Source: a virus
Lineage: Duplodnaviria; Caudoviricetes
Direction: 5' to 3' (one strand)
IMG/VR virus record: IMGVR_UViG_3300033075_000428
Span: 1 to 64,000 of that record
Length of the DNA: 64,000 nucleotides
The notes beneath the pieces are model-generated. The model was not told the DNA's origin, made no database searches, and was given only the letters and a program-made list of their open reading frames with translations. Below, one piece after another: positions 9,799-20,308 of this stretch. Position 1 is the stretch's first letter. The number at the start of each line of letters is the position of its first letter. The translations under genes were made by a program, and so were the position numbers.

Positions 9799-10329
9799 TT
9801 ATCTTCGATGTTGCCAATCAGGTTTAACTGGACAGATATGAGCTTGGAACCTGAGGGAGAGCTCATTGTGCTCTGTATCAACATACTTGGCACTCTCATA
9901 TCGGTATTCGAGTTTACCGTTGTACTCTGAAATGGACTCAGTCTCAGGGAAATACATCTTGAAGTACTTGGAGATGAACTTGTACTGATCCATGTATCCA
10001 GCAACGAGGAACTTCTTCATGTCCTCACTGGAGCCTTGTACAACTATATGGAATACATTGTCCTTGAAGAACTCAACTCGCTTACATGTAAGGGTGAGTT
10101 TCGCACCAAAAGTCCACCGACCAAGTGGTGCCTTAAAGTAGTCGTCCTTGAATAAAATGTTGTCGGGCTTTCCCGCTAAGGATAGCCCGACAGTTTGTTC
10201 TGCAAGTTTTGTCTTGTTAGTCTTCATTAGGTTGAGGTTCTGGAACGTAGGGTCGGTCTTTGATGGTTGCTCGTTTGAAGCTAAAGTCTGGGAAAATGGC
10301 TGGGATGTACTCAAAATCTGCAAGTCCAC
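9799..10329 (-). CDS. Hypothetical protein (start probably MKTNKTK)
   Basis: ORF in coupled minus-strand run. Confidence 0.6.
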   Translation of the reverse strand: MDLQILSTSQPFSQTLASNEQPSKTDPTFQNLNLMKTNKTKLAEQTVGLSLAGKPDNILFKDDYFKAPLGRWTFGAKLTLTCKRVEFFKDNVFHIVVQGSSEDMKKFLVAGYMDQYKFISKYFKMYFPETESISEYNGKLEYRYESAKYVDTEHNELSLRFQAHICPVKPDWQHRR

Positions 10330-10816
10330 AGACCACAGCGTAGTTGTCTTCTGAATTCAGAAGTAGGAATTTGATTCCCTTGACAATGAACGCATGTGAC
10401 CAGTATTCACTGGAAGCTTTGAATGTATCTGTCACTTCTCCACGTTTTGTTATCTGGCGCACGAAGGCAATCATGTCCTTCGAATTGCTGTACTCAGTTG
10501 TTATCAGGTTGTCAATCGGTGTCTGCAAGAAGTCTGAAGCGTGGATTGCGTTCAGTTTGTTGGAACCCTGCATAAGCTGTTGAACGAATGCAGTCGTGTA
10601 TAGGTCTCTAGGGTTGTAGAAAGTTATGCACGGTTTCTCCCTTGAGGACATTCCAGGCTCAAAGGACGTGATGATGGAGCCTACAACGAATTCAATGTCT
10701 GTTTCTTCAGTCTCAATTAGCTGTCGAATCTGGGTTTCTGTTAGGCTCATCAGTGTTCTCTTGGTTATTGACATTGTCTGGTTTCTTGAAGACGATTTCA
10801 ATCGTGTTCTGTTCAC
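10217..10816 (-). CDS. Hypothetical protein (start probably MSLTETQ)
   Basis: ORF in coupled minus-strand run. Confidence 0.6.
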   Translation of the reverse strand: MNRTRLKSSSRNQTMSITKRTLMSLTETQIRQLIETEETDIEFVVGSIITSFEPGMSSREKPCITFYNPRDLYTTAFVQQLMQGSNKLNAIHASDFLQTPIDNLITTEYSNSKDMIAFVRQITKRGEVTDTFKASSEYWSHAFIVKGIKFLLLNSEDNYAVVCGLADFEYIPAIFPDFSFKRATIKDRPYVPEPQPNED

Positions 10817-11087
10817 TGTTGAACTTCACAGATTGTATCTGACTTGCAAGTGCTTTGTCCGCACTCTTGATATAAGACCGAACTAGTGACAAAAGCGTAT
10901 TCTCTTTCAGCTTGGGTTCAAGAATGAACACCATTCGTAATGGTGAAGTACTCAACGCTGTGACCTTCATCTCAATGGTGCGTATTGATTGCGTACGAAG
11001 GAATCCAAGTGTCTTCATTCTGAGACGCTGAACGCCTTGTGTTAACTTCTGAAGTGGTGTTGTCATTTTTATGCAATCACTAACCAA
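10713..11087 (-). CDS. Hypothetical protein
   Basis: ORF in coupled run. Confidence 0.6.
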   Translation of the reverse strand: MVSDCIKMTTPLQKLTQGVQRLRMKTLGFLRTQSIRTIEMKVTALSTSPLRMVFILEPKLKENTLLSLVRSYIKSADKALASQIQSVKFNSEQNTIEIVFKKPDNVNNQENTDEPNRNPDSTAN

Positions 11088-13051
11088 CGTTGAGTGGTAT
11101 TATCGTAAACAAGTACCACAACACTGTCTGCTGCAAACGCTAGGTCAGCACCTGAGCCAGTGATGATACGATTCGCTGCTGTGGAGTTAGCGTTCTGGTT
11201 CGCCAGCGTCATTATCTGACCAGAACGATTTGCGAGTAGGATATATCTACCGTCTGCAACGTTTGTTATACCACGGATGGTAAATCCTGCTGTTGGTCCA
11301 GTCACACGAATGAATACTGCATCAGGGATATTGATATTATCTTGGACACCATTTACTGCAGTAAATCCAGCTGCAGTGAATCTAACTTGCTGGTCAAGTA
11401 ATGTTCTCTTGGTATTCCAGATACCAGTTTGTCCAACATTCACTTTAATACCAACTCCAGTGGAGGAACCGCCTTCTACCAGTACCGCAGTGCCACCAGT
11501 ATTCGCATTGATGAATGTGGCAGTGGCGTATGAAGCTGCTGAATTCTGACAGTAGATACCCTTTGTATCTGTAGCACCACCATCTTGACTTTGGTCGTAC
11601 ATGAACGCACAGGCACTTCCACCACTAGAAGAACCAGTTAACTTAGCATTGAATGCGTACCCATTCTTATGCGCTGCGAAAACTGCAGCAGTAGCACTTG
11701 CACCAAATGTTGCTGTGAATGACGCTACTGAGTTTCTCGCTGTAGCTAACAATGCGTAGGTATTATTAGTTCCGTTGTCAGTTGAGGTAACTTCAAAGAT
11801 GGCAACTGCTGAGTTTACATTGGTAGCGGTTGTTATTTTCGCATAGATAGCATTTGCAACGTTTGCACCAGAAGGGGAACCAGTATTCTCAAAATAGGAT
11901 GTAGGGAAAGAAGCTGTTGCGCCTGCTGAAATACCTACCACAGCACGAGAGCTCAACGTTGCAGCATCTGCATAGAGTGCGTCTTTGTTAGAACCTGTTG
12001 TCTTAGCGTAGACGCCATAGCCAGATGATTCGCCATACACACCATATCTATTTGTGCCTGCGCTTGCTAATCCGAAGACTCCATATGCTGTGGTTCCACC
12101 GCCGATGTTCGCTCCATAAACTCCGTAAGTAGTTCCTGAACCACCATCAGCATTACCATAAACACCATAAGTGGCACCAGTACCGTGAACACCATAAGAG
12201 CCTGCGTTATTACCGTCAGCTTGTACCCCATGTGAACCCCCTGAACCATAGACACCGACATTTGAAGAACTTGACCCGTACACTCCATAAGCAGTTCCTG
12301 AGAAGTAACCACCACGAGCACCGCCGATACCTTCGAAAGCATAAGCACTCAAGCCACTGGTATTCGATGAGACACCTTTTGCGGCTGCATTACTAGCAGT
12401 AACATATATTCCATAGGTAGCACCTTCAGCATATACCGCTGTTGAACCAGAGGAAACAGCGTGCACACCACGTTGAGAACCTTCAGCCTTTATCCCATAA
12501 CCGTTTGAGCCTGAATTCACAGCCCAAATTACAGGCACGAAATCGGCAGAACCAGTAGCCTTAATAGAAGGTGAACCACCAGCACCCGCTGTATTAGTGG
12601 CTTCAATCGCAAATGTTCCTGCTCCTGTCCCCCCGCTTGAGAAGAACCCTGCAGAACCAGAGCCACTGTAAGCTACAATTGCAGTTTGAGTATTTGAAAA
12701 ACTAGTCGAGCCTACATATAACGTTGGTAAGCTATCTCCACTCAGCCAGTTCAACTGGATATGTCCACTTGAACCGTACGCTTTCATGCGTGTGGAAAAC
12801 TCAAGACCGCTTGGAGTGTTGTTTACATGTACAAAGTAACCGTTGTTAGCAGTGTACGTAGTAGGGTCAGTGTCAGATAATTCGAGGAAAGAGTTTGCAA
12901 GAGTCTTCCAAGCAGTGCCATTCCAGTAGTATGGTAAACTGTCTGTGGTTAAGAATGCAACAGTACCTTTGTGTTGCGTGGAAAGAGTTCCACTCAACGA
13001 GGTAATGTTGTGCAACCTTGCTTGCTCTAGTTCAACGAAGCTAAACTGCAT
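11069..13051 (-). CDS. Gly/Ala-rich fibre-like structural protein (GVYG repeats, beta-solenoid-like)
   Basis: Many YGVYG/GVxG repeats; C-terminal ITGSGADL..VVLVYDNTTQRW typical of phage fibre ends. Confidence 0.7.
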   Translation of the reverse strand: MQFSFVELEQARLHNITSLSGTLSTQHKGTVAFLTTDSLPYYWNGTAWKTLANSFLELSDTDPTTYTANNGYFVHVNNTPSGLEFSTRMKAYGSSGHIQLNWLSGDSLPTLYVGSTSFSNTQTAIVAYSGSGSAGFFSSGGTGAGTFAIEATNTAGAGGSPSIKATGSADFVPVIWAVNSGSNGYGIKAEGSQRGVHAVSSGSTAVYAEGATYGIYVTASNAAAKGVSSNTSGLSAYAFEGIGGARGGYFSGTAYGVYGSSSSNVGVYGSGGSHGVQADGNNAGSYGVHGTGATYGVYGNADGGSGTTYGVYGANIGGGTTAYGVFGLASAGTNRYGVYGESSGYGVYAKTTGSNKDALYADAATLSSRAVVGISAGATASFPTSYFENTGSPSGANVANAIYAKITTATNVNSAVAIFEVTSTDNGTNNTYALLATARNSVASFTATFGASATAAVFAAHKNGYAFNAKLTGSSSGGSACAFMYDQSQDGGATDTKGIYCQNSAASYATATFINANTGGTAVLVEGGSSTGVGIKVNVGQTGIWNTKRTLLDQQVRFTAAGFTAVNGVQDNINIPDAVFIRVTGPTAGFTIRGITNVADGRYILLANRSGQIMTLANQNANSTAANRIITGSGADLAFAADSVVVLVYDNTTQRWLVIA

Positions 13052-13058
13052 TGTCTAC

Positions 13059-13634
13059 TTACTGTGTCTTTCTCTGTGTGAGTAGGGCATCAATTTTACT
13101 GATGACTACTCTTGCGTCGGTTAATTCTTCTGGTTCTTTCTTCTTGCCAAGAACCTTACTCACTTCTTCCGTTCCTGCTGGTGCTGGGTGTCCATCTTCG
13201 AATGAAGTCAAATCACCCTTGTAGTCTTCGGGTTTTCCCCATGCATGTGGGTTGTTTGGATAAGAACCCATATTTCCACTTGTCGTCATCTCGTCAGCGG
13301 CAACCATAGCATCGTTCTTCCAAACTTCTTTTCCCTTACTATTGAACACAGAAACAAACTGTGTCTTTGGAATTGACTTCAGAATCCATGCACTCGTTGG
13401 TTCATCTGTGTTCTTCACAATCGAGTTCTTTGGAACAGAAACAGCGAACACCCAAGTGCCAAGCTCAGGGAAAGTCCGTAGTGTCTTGAGAATGAACTTC
13501 AATGAGTACCAAGCTTGTAGTGGATTAGTCTTCGACACACCTTTCATTCCGATGTTCAACGTTGCTTTGAACGAGTTGAACGGAACGTAGAGAATGTAAT
13601 TACTCTCGTTATTTGGGTCTACTTGTGGTCTCAT
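13059..13634 (-). CDS. Hypothetical protein
   Basis: 191 aa ORF. Confidence 0.7.
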   Translation of the reverse strand: MRPQVDPNNESNYILYVPFNSFKATLNIGMKGVSKTNPLQAWYSLKFILKTLRTFPELGTWVFAVSVPKNSIVKNTDEPTSAWILKSIPKTQFVSVFNSKGKEVWKNDAMVAADEMTTSGNMGSYPNNPHAWGKPEDYKGDLTSFEDGHPAPAGTEEVSKVLGKKKEPEELTDARVVISKIDALLTQRKTQ

Positions 13635-13661
13635 TATTCTTCTTTGGTTATAAATTCAAAG

Positions 13662-14360
13662 TTAATAGTCACGTTTTTGATACTCATCTGATATCATCTC
13701 TGGTATCACTTCCTCAATATAATTCTTCACAAACTCCTTAATAATCTTCGTATTGAGTTGATTTAAAGGTACTCGAGTTTTGCGGTTAAACGCTTTATTT
13801 GCTGTAAACACCTTGCTGCCTTTGAGTTGTGCATATTGTTTATTAATATCAAACTCTGGGTTTAGAGTAAGAGGTTGTTTCCTATCAAGACAGTTTTTTA
13901 ATACTATCTCTAAAGTGAACTCAAAATTCAAATCAATAAACTTTTCTCGAACATTTTCAGAATTCACCACCCAAAAAGTTGCTGTGAATGTACGTATATA
14001 GGTGCCAACAACTGTCCCAGTTGAATCAGGGTTAACTGGTGGTAAGTAATTACCGCCTACTCTACCAAGTATTTTAAAAGTAACAGTCAAGTCTTTAGGC
14101 AAGTTTGGAATAGAAGATAAATCTAAATCTGTTAGTAACTTCCGAACGAAAATGGTACCACCAAAAGATTTTTGAATTAAATAGGGTATAGAAGAAAAAT
14201 TAGAAAGCTGGTCAAGCTGTCCATATACTATTTTGCCGATATTTTCTCTATTATTCCCGTCTTTATCAGTCGATTGAGATTTACCTTCAGATAGTAGCTT
14301 TGAAGCAATATCTTCTGTGGTTAAAGATGACTCAACTAGGGTCTTGATGTCGTTATTCAT
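13662..14360 (-). CDS. AT-rich hypothetical protein with putative cleavable head-targeting leader
   Basis: Visibly lower GC; N-terminus KTLVESSLTTEDIASKLLSE. Confidence 0.7.
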   Translation of the reverse strand: MNNDIKTLVESSLTTEDIASKLLSEGKSQSTDKDGNNRENIGKIVYGQLDQLSNFSSIPYLIQKSFGGTIFVRKLLTDLDLSSIPNLPKDLTVTFKILGRVGGNYLPPVNPDSTGTVVGTYIRTFTATFWVVNSENVREKFIDLNFEFTLEIVLKNCLDRKQPLTLNPEFDINKQYAQLKGSKVFTANKAFNRKTRVPLNQLNTKIIKEFVKNYIEEVIPEMISDEYQKRDY

Positions 14361-14380
14361 AGGATGTTTCCTGTGTTCTT

Positions 14381-14839
14381 TTAGTTTGTGAATTTGCGAA
14401 CGAACTTCATTAGGAAAGTTGCAACAAAGAGCTTCTCAAGTCCCTTGGCAAACTGTGATTTCTGGATTGGTTTATCTGGCACAATGTCCATGAACCGTAT
14501 ATAACCATTGATGACCTGCTTGTCTGGCTGGTCTTTCATGCGTCCTGCAAAGATGACAAGTTCTACACCACGGTCTTTCCCAATTAACTTGGTGATGTTC
14601 CACTCCTTCTTGTCTGGGAGACCATAGGAAACTGTTGCTCTTTTGGATTTCTTTGTAGTTGGAAGATTGGTGTCCCCACCTTCGTCACCACCAATTGGCT
14701 CATCTTCTGCTTCACGGATTACTTTCTCTATCAACGAACTGACTTGCTCTTGAAGTTCTTTGATTTGCTCTTCAGTTGTCATTGTTTTCACTTGTAAATC
14801 TGATTGTTGACAAGATGGTGCGCACTGCTTGTTGCGCAT
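14381..14839 (-). CDS. Hypothetical protein (start probably MTTEEQ)
   Basis: ORF; LIEKVIREA motif. Confidence 0.65.
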   Translation of the reverse strand: MRNKQCAPSCQQSDLQVKTMTTEEQIKELQEQVSSLIEKVIREAEDEPIGGDEGGDTNLPTTKKSKRATVSYGLPDKKEWNITKLIGKDRGVELVIFAGRMKDQPDKQVINGYIRFMDIVPDKPIQKSQFAKGLEKLFVATFLMKFVRKFTN

Positions 14840-15869
14840 CTGACTCTTTGAGTAAGTTGTGAAGCTCAGGAATCATCGAAGCATTCTGCTGTCGACCAAA
14901 ATGCTGTATTTGACGTAGCCTAGCATCAGCTTCTTCTTTCGTGTCATAGCAACCGAACTTACGTTTGCTCTTGTGGCTGATTACACAGAACTGTCCTTGA
15001 CGCTTGACTACCTTCTCGTTCATTGATGGGTCAATCATCTGTGATGCAATCAAGTACGCTGTTTTCCAGAAACGCTTTGGCGTTGGGTCACCAGCTGGGA
15101 ACACGTTTTGTCCTGAGTAGGACTGTGCTGGATAGTTATCAGCATCTGCCAGTTGTTCCTGCCCTTGTTGAGTCTTCGCTAAGCGTATGAACTCTTCAGG
15201 GGTTCCACCTTGACCTAAGAAAATCTCAACTGCTTGACGTGCATGTGCTGTAATTTCAGCTGGGTCGGAGAAGTAGATTTGCCAGAATCTATTGGTCTGA
15301 CCCTCACTTTGGAGTACTGAGTTGTAGTACTTGTCAGTGAACTTGTTCTTCGATGCCCACATCTTCATTTCCTGATACACATGAGTATACTCATGCTTAA
15401 TAACAGGAATGAGTTGCTCTTTCACAAACTTCAGCCAAAGTAACTTTGGGTCATCTTGCTCCAGGAACATCTGGAAGAACGCGTACGTTGAGAAATTGAT
15501 AATCAACGTATACTTTGGGGGTCCATCAGGCTGTGGCTTCACTCGTGTAAACGCTTGGTCAAACCAGTGTGTGAAGTTGTTTGGTTTTTGAAGGTCTTCA
15601 TCTTCAGCATCCCACGTAGAGACCAATTGAAAGTCCAATGGGAATGACTCACGAAATACATACTCTGGACTCATCATGACTTTGAGTACGTAATTCAGGA
15701 ACATCAGACCATAGTTCTCGATTTTCGTAGTCGTCACAGCACGCTTGGTACCAACGTAGTCTTGCATTGGCTGTGACACCAGAATCTCTATCCCAGCATT
15801 GATGAATCCCTGTTCCTCAGCTTTCAGATTCGGAACTGGAATGACTCCTTCTTTCAATTGGTCTTGCAT
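14772..15869 (-). CDS. Zincin-like metallopeptidase-domain protein
   Basis: IKHEYTHVYQ (HExxH) plus downstream YFSDPAEITAH. Confidence 0.65.
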   Translation of the reverse strand: MQDQLKEGVIPVPNLKAEEQGFINAGIEILVSQPMQDYVGTKRAVTTTKIENYGLMFLNYVLKVMMSPEYVFRESFPLDFQLVSTWDAEDEDLQKPNNFTHWFDQAFTRVKPQPDGPPKYTLIINFSTYAFFQMFLEQDDPKLLWLKFVKEQLIPVIKHEYTHVYQEMKMWASKNKFTDKYYNSVLQSEGQTNRFWQIYFSDPAEITAHARQAVEIFLGQGGTPEEFIRLAKTQQGQEQLADADNYPAQSYSGQNVFPAGDPTPKRFWKTAYLIASQMIDPSMNEKVVKRQGQFCVISHKSKRKFGCYDTKEEADARLRQIQHFGRQQNASMIPELHNLLKESDAQQAVRTILSTIRFTSENNDN

Positions 15870-15967
15870 GCTCTGGAATGAGATTAGTTTACGACTTCCC
15901 TACAGTAAGAAAACTGCCAAGGGCAAACAAGTTACCACTTGGCAGTAAATCTTTTGTTCACTTTGAT

Positions 15968-17308
15968 TTAGTCTACCAACTTGAATCCTTCAGTCTTGCA
16001 CATCTCTGTGATGCGAGACTTAGCTTTTCCGTCGATACCATACTTGAATTCCTTCAAGAGGACACCGTTGTCATTGTAAAGGTGAAGTGTCGCTGGATTC
16101 TCATCGTTCAGCGTACCTTCTGTGTACACCTTTACAGTGTAACCGTCTTCACTTTGGAATTTCGTCAAAGTGAATTCGTTGTTGGACTCGTTCATGTTAC
16201 TCTTTCTTTGATTACTGTGACGTGACTCTTTCAAGTCCTTAAGCTTCCACACAAGTGCTTGTGGATTGTCAGCACCACCGAAGAGGAAAGTAACAAATGC
16301 TAGTTGCTTTCCTTCCTTAGTTTGCTGATTCTTCATTATCTTACCGAGTTCGTCTTCAAGCGACCATGTCGTGAGCTTCAGCTTCTCACGGTTCAACTCA
16401 ATGTGCTTCTCTGCTTCTTCCTTTGGAACAGTCATGTTAGCAGTTACTGTGTGAACCACTGGTTCTTCTATTTCTCCCTTTTCGTCTTTGTAGTACGCAA
16501 GGAGACTAAAGACTAGGTTCACAGTAGCTTCATCATCTTTAATGAACGGCTTATTGACTGATACCTTTGGTTTCTTCGTTGGAAGATTTGTTTTCGTGAA
16601 TCCACCGCCCTTTTGGTAGTTCTTCATAATGGTATCAACACCCATTACAAGCTCACCAGCTGGCTTCTTACTTCCACCAAACAAACCTTCTTCCAAAGAC
16701 TCTCCCTTGATGAGCTCCTCAAACGTGTCCTCGTCTTCAATTAGCTCACCATCATTTGGCATGACCTTCAGGTCTTCAATGAGGTATTCCTGCCATCCTT
16801 CAATGTCATGAGGATGTTTTACCCAACCGTCTTCGAAGAATGTATCGTCTTCACTATCTGGGTATACAAAAGAGAACACTTCTTTACGATTCTCGTCCTC
16901 AACGTGCATCCTGAACTCACCACGCTCGTCAAGGTCTACACAGAACAGGAAGTACTTGCCTTTGGCTTCTGCTTCAGTCATTGAACTATTGATTTTCTTA
17001 TCCAGTTCAAGATAACGCTCAACTGCTCCCTTTGCGTCTTGCATTGGGAATTTATTCTCGCTTCCACTCCGTCCTTTTACTGAAATCGTACCATCTGGAG
17101 AAATGTAGAAGTCATTACTTTGGTAGGTAACATCAAGAACTACCGTTTGTGGGTCTTGACTCCCAGTTAATGTCCCACCAACACCTTCAAGTCCATGTCT
17201 TTTAAGAGCTTTGGTCAAAAGTTGAATTGCTTCAACCTGTTCATCTGTTTGTGCTAGTCTGAGTAGGTTCATTTTGCCAAGTATATAGTTTCTGTTGGAG
17301 TTCCACAC
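15968..17308 (-). CDS. Multidomain hypothetical protein, possible processed head protein
   Basis: 446 aa; segments separated by MTEA, LEEG, LKES and MNES motifs. Confidence 0.7.
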   Translation of the reverse strand: MWNSNRNYILGKMNLLRLAQTDEQVEAIQLLTKALKRHGLEGVGGTLTGSQDPQTVVLDVTYQSNDFYISPDGTISVKGRSGSENKFPMQDAKGAVERYLELDKKINSSMTEAEAKGKYFLFCVDLDERGEFRMHVEDENRKEVFSFVYPDSEDDTFFEDGWVKHPHDIEGWQEYLIEDLKVMPNDGELIEDEDTFEELIKGESLEEGLFGGSKKPAGELVMGVDTIMKNYQKGGGFTKTNLPTKKPKVSVNKPFIKDDEATVNLVFSLLAYYKDEKGEIEEPVVHTVTANMTVPKEEAEKHIELNREKLKLTTWSLEDELGKIMKNQQTKEGKQLAFVTFLFGGADNPQALVWKLKDLKESRHSNQRKSNMNESNNEFTLTKFQSEDGYTVKVYTEGTLNDENPATLHLYNDNGVLLKEFKYGIDGKAKSRITEMCKTEGFKLVD

Positions 17309-17374
17309 AATGGAAGCTTGTCCAGATATTAAGACTATCTAGACAGTTCAAAATAGCGTCGTTCAGACTAGGTG

Positions 17375-18316
17375 TTAAACTAGTCTGTTGCCCATGATTT
17401 TCTTGTTGATGACGTCGAACTTTCCACCGTCTTCCATTATGACGTCAGCGAACCCATGGTTCCAGTTGTTATTAGGAGCATAGTAGGGGTTTAGGTCACA
17501 AAGGCAACCCAATGACCAACCACCCATAACGGAGCCGCGAATGCGCCTAGAAATGTCCTCAGTGGAACGATGGAAGTGGTTTACGAGGATGTTATCGTTG
17601 GCCTTTAGGCGCATTGTTCTTGCGATGTTGATAAGTCCAGGAGCACTGTAGAACTCATGACCGTGGACGATGTTCAACTTACCAAGTAGGATGGTGCGTC
17701 GGTCATTCACATACTCGATACCCAATTGAGGAAGTTCCAAAAGCTCTTCCAACTTGAACGCTTTCACATTGAAGAACTCTGGAGCCTTTGTCCAGATGAA
17801 GTGCTGATAGCGTTCTTCATGATTACCAACCTTGAAAATGATTCTTGCATTTGGCAAGAAGTCACGTATCTGGCGTAGCAACTTTACTGTGATGTTCAGT
17901 TCTTTGGCGAAATCACGGTTGTCTGGACGGTTCACGAACTTGCTCATCGAGTGACAGTCCATGAAGTCACCGTTGATGATTAAGCAATCCGTGCCAACCA
18001 GTTTGGCATACCGAAGTGCTAGAGTAAGTGCTTCAACAGTATGATACGGAGCGTGAACGTCTCCAATGACGATAACACGATTTACGTTGTTGACCTTATA
18101 GGGCTGAAAGGTCTTTTGCTCACTCTTGACAAGGTTCAAGCTTAGTTCGTTGAACGTTGTTTCGTCAAGGTTCTTCGCTCCTGAATACTTGGTCAGCACT
18201 TCGCTGATGCTGAGCTCTTGTTTCCTAAGCTTCTCTAGTAACTCTTTCTCTGATTCAGTGACTACTATTCTAGAGTTTGTATTAGGCTTACTTGTTTTCG
18301 CCAAGGTGTCACCCAC
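17375..18316 (-). CDS. Calcineurin-like metallophosphoesterase
   Basis: GDVH, NGDFMD, GNHE, HGHE and HFH motifs. Confidence 0.9.
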   Translation of the reverse strand: MGDTLAKTSKPNTNSRIVVTESEKELLEKLRKQELSISEVLTKYSGAKNLDETTFNELSLNLVKSEQKTFQPYKVNNVNRVIVIGDVHAPYHTVEALTLALRYAKLVGTDCLIINGDFMDCHSMSKFVNRPDNRDFAKELNITVKLLRQIRDFLPNARIIFKVGNHEERYQHFIWTKAPEFFNVKAFKLEELLELPQLGIEYVNDRRTILLGKLNIVHGHEFYSAPGLINIARTMRLKANDNILVNHFHRSTEDISRRIRGSVMGGWSLGCLCDLNPYYAPNNNWNHGFADVIMEDGGKFDVINKKIMGNRLV

Positions 18317-18422
18317 TCGTTGTTTACAATGTAGCTTTCTCTCATATATCGAGAGTAATATACAGTGAAACGATAACTAGTGGCGAATTGATTCTAACAT
18401 TACAGAGCTAAGTTTTGTGGAT

Positions 18423-19073
18423 TCATTTGCTTAGTGCTTGAACAATACTCTTGGCCTTTTCGGGAGTGACCTCAAGATTGAACTCAATTGTATTGTCCAA
18501 TCGCTGTAGTATTGTTAGTTGGTGCTGTTGAAACTTCTTTGTTTCACGATACATTTCTGCTGACATCAGTTTCTGCTTGTGTATTATGTCTTTCAAACGA
18601 ACGTATTTCTGCTCTTTCGTTGTTCTGACACGGTCAAACTGCTTCCGCAAGTTCTCTTGGTATTCGTCGGTCAAGAGCAGGAATTCGTCTATCCTTGACT
18701 GGAACTTCGCTATTGTACAGTGTGTGTTTATCAATATTCGATACATGTGAATGATGTGTACACTTGCGCTACGCTCAAGTCTTGCTTGAGTAAGAATCTG
18801 AGCCTTCATGGGGTTGTTGTCTTCCAACTTGTCAGCCCACTCAATCCGCTTCTTGAAAGAGAGAGTTAACTTATCAATCACCACTCGGTGGGTGTGAATG
18901 TGCTCTCGTGCAGGAGAGAGTTCTAGCAACCGTATATACACATGCTGTAGCAATTCGATATTGCGTCTTCGATAGTCATTCTCAGTCAGTTCTCTTAACT
19001 TCAATAATAGAACCTTGTCAGTTGGATGACAATCTTGTTCCAGTTCAGGTAGGCTCTTTCTCATAACTCTCAC
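18423..19073 (-). CDS. Hypothetical helical protein
   Basis: 216 aa ORF. Confidence 0.65.
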   Translation of the reverse strand: MRVMRKSLPELEQDCHPTDKVLLLKLRELTENDYRRRNIELLQHVYIRLLELSPAREHIHTHRVVIDKLTLSFKKRIEWADKLEDNNPMKAQILTQARLERSASVHIIHMYRILINTHCTIAKFQSRIDEFLLLTDEYQENLRKQFDRVRTTKEQKYVRLKDIIHKQKLMSAEMYRETKKFQQHQLTILQRLDNTIEFNLEVTPEKAKSIVQALSK

Positions 19074-19088
19074 GTCAATTGGGTTAAG

Positions 19089-19125
19089 ACAAAATCTCCA
19101 GACTGTCTTTTGAACAGTCTGGAGA
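19089..19125 (-). terminator. Intrinsic terminator
   Basis: 12-bp perfect inverted repeat TCTCCAGACTGT/ACAGTCTGGAGA then TTTTG on minus strand. Confidence 0.75.
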
Positions 19126-19306
19126 CAGCAGCATAAAGAGAGTTCGTGAAACGAACTAGGGGGTTATTCCATTCTCATCCACTCCGTTTGTAACAATACC
19201 TTCCGCATGGTGACGGAATAGGTGATTTGTAAAACACATTCAAAGGACAAAGTGGGTCGGGAATCAAATTGGGGTCAAGAAACATAGGTGCGTGTTTTCT
19301 AGCGCA

Positions 19307-19708
19307 TTACCATCTGATAATTGATTCGTATACTGGCTTGATTTCAAACGGTGTCACCAGTATCTTTACAATGTCTTCAGGACAGTCGTAGTCCTTGTGA
19401 CCACCATGAAGGCGATCCGAGCTATACTTATCAAATGACTCTTGTGTGACGCTTCCGTCTTTCCACCAGCAAGACCATGAATCTTGAAATACGTAATTCA
19501 TCTGCACATACTCTTTGTTGAACATCCTACACCCATATATTCTACTAGAAGGGATGTCAATCCAAATTGGTTCAAGGGGTACCCGTTTGATTCCTTTTGT
19601 GATTGGGAGAGACCTTTGTTCTTCACGCTTGTCTCTCAATTCTTGCTCAAGAGCAGCTATCCACTCTTCCAATTTCTCGTACTTTTGTATCAGTTCATCG
19701 GATACCAT
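19307..19708 (-). CDS. Hypothetical protein
   Basis: 133 aa ORF. Confidence 0.7.
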   Translation of the reverse strand: MVSDELIQKYEKLEEWIAALEQELRDKREEQRSLPITKGIKRVPLEPIWIDIPSSRIYGCRMFNKEYVQMNYVFQDSWSCWWKDGSVTQESFDKYSSDRLHGGHKDYDCPEDIVKILVTPFEIKPVYESIIRW

Positions 19709-19730
19709 GACATGCTCTTAGTTTGGTTAG

Positions 19731-19815
19731 TACACCAGAACGGACTCGAACCGTCACGACACTTACGTGTCAGGGGATTTTAAGTCCCCTGCGTCTGCCA
19801 TTTCGCCACTGGTGT
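19731..19815 (-). tRNA. trnL: tRNA-Leu(UAA)
   Basis: ACACCAG/CTGGTGT acceptor, GGGGA-CTTAAAA-TCCCC anticodon arm, long variable arm, GTTCGAGTC T loop; no encoded CCA. Confidence 0.93.
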
Positions 19816-19823
19816 CTTAGACA

Positions 19824-20156
19824 TCAATCGTAGTTGATGACTTGCTCAATGTTAGAAACCATCGTGCCCTCATAAGGTACACCTGGTTCCGTCTTGACAA
19901 GATTGATTTTGGAAGTTACTTCGTCAGTGCTTGTTTCATCACTAAACAAGACTTCAACGTGGTCGAGCGTTCCCTTTGTTCCCTTGCGCCAAGTGAAGTA
20001 CTCCATGGTAATTCCACTTGGAATGTTCAGTGCACGGATTGACTCCGTTACCATTTGCAGAGTGAGCTTCTCCTTGTTCTTGTCGCAGTTGTCCAACAGT
20101 CCGAGAACTGTTGTTGAAAACTCACGTTCAGCCGTATCAATTGGCCTTGCGTCCAT
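19824..20156 (-). CDS. Hypothetical protein between two tRNA-Leu genes
   Basis: 110 aa with AGGAG SD. Confidence 0.7.
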   Translation of the reverse strand: MDARPIDTAEREFSTTVLGLLDNCDKNKEKLTLQMVTESIRALNIPSGITMEYFTWRKGTKGTLDHVEVLFSDETSTDEVTSKINLVKTEPGVPYEGTMVSNIEQVINYD

Positions 20157-20209
20157 GCTGTACTCCTGAAATTATTGAAAGATAGACTCTAGGATAAGAG
20201 TCTAATACG

Positions 20210-20291
20210 TACTCACAGCGAGAGTCGAACTCGCACGGATTTCTCCACTAGCTCCTAAGACTAGCGTGTCTGCCAATTCCACCATGTGAGC
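20210..20291 (-). tRNA. trnL: tRNA-Leu(UAG)
   Basis: GCTCACA/TGTGAGT acceptor, CTAGT-CTTAGGA-GCTAG anticodon arm, variable arm, GTTCGACTC T loop. Confidence 0.93.
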
Positions 20292-20308
20292 TACTTTATT
20301 GAAGGGAG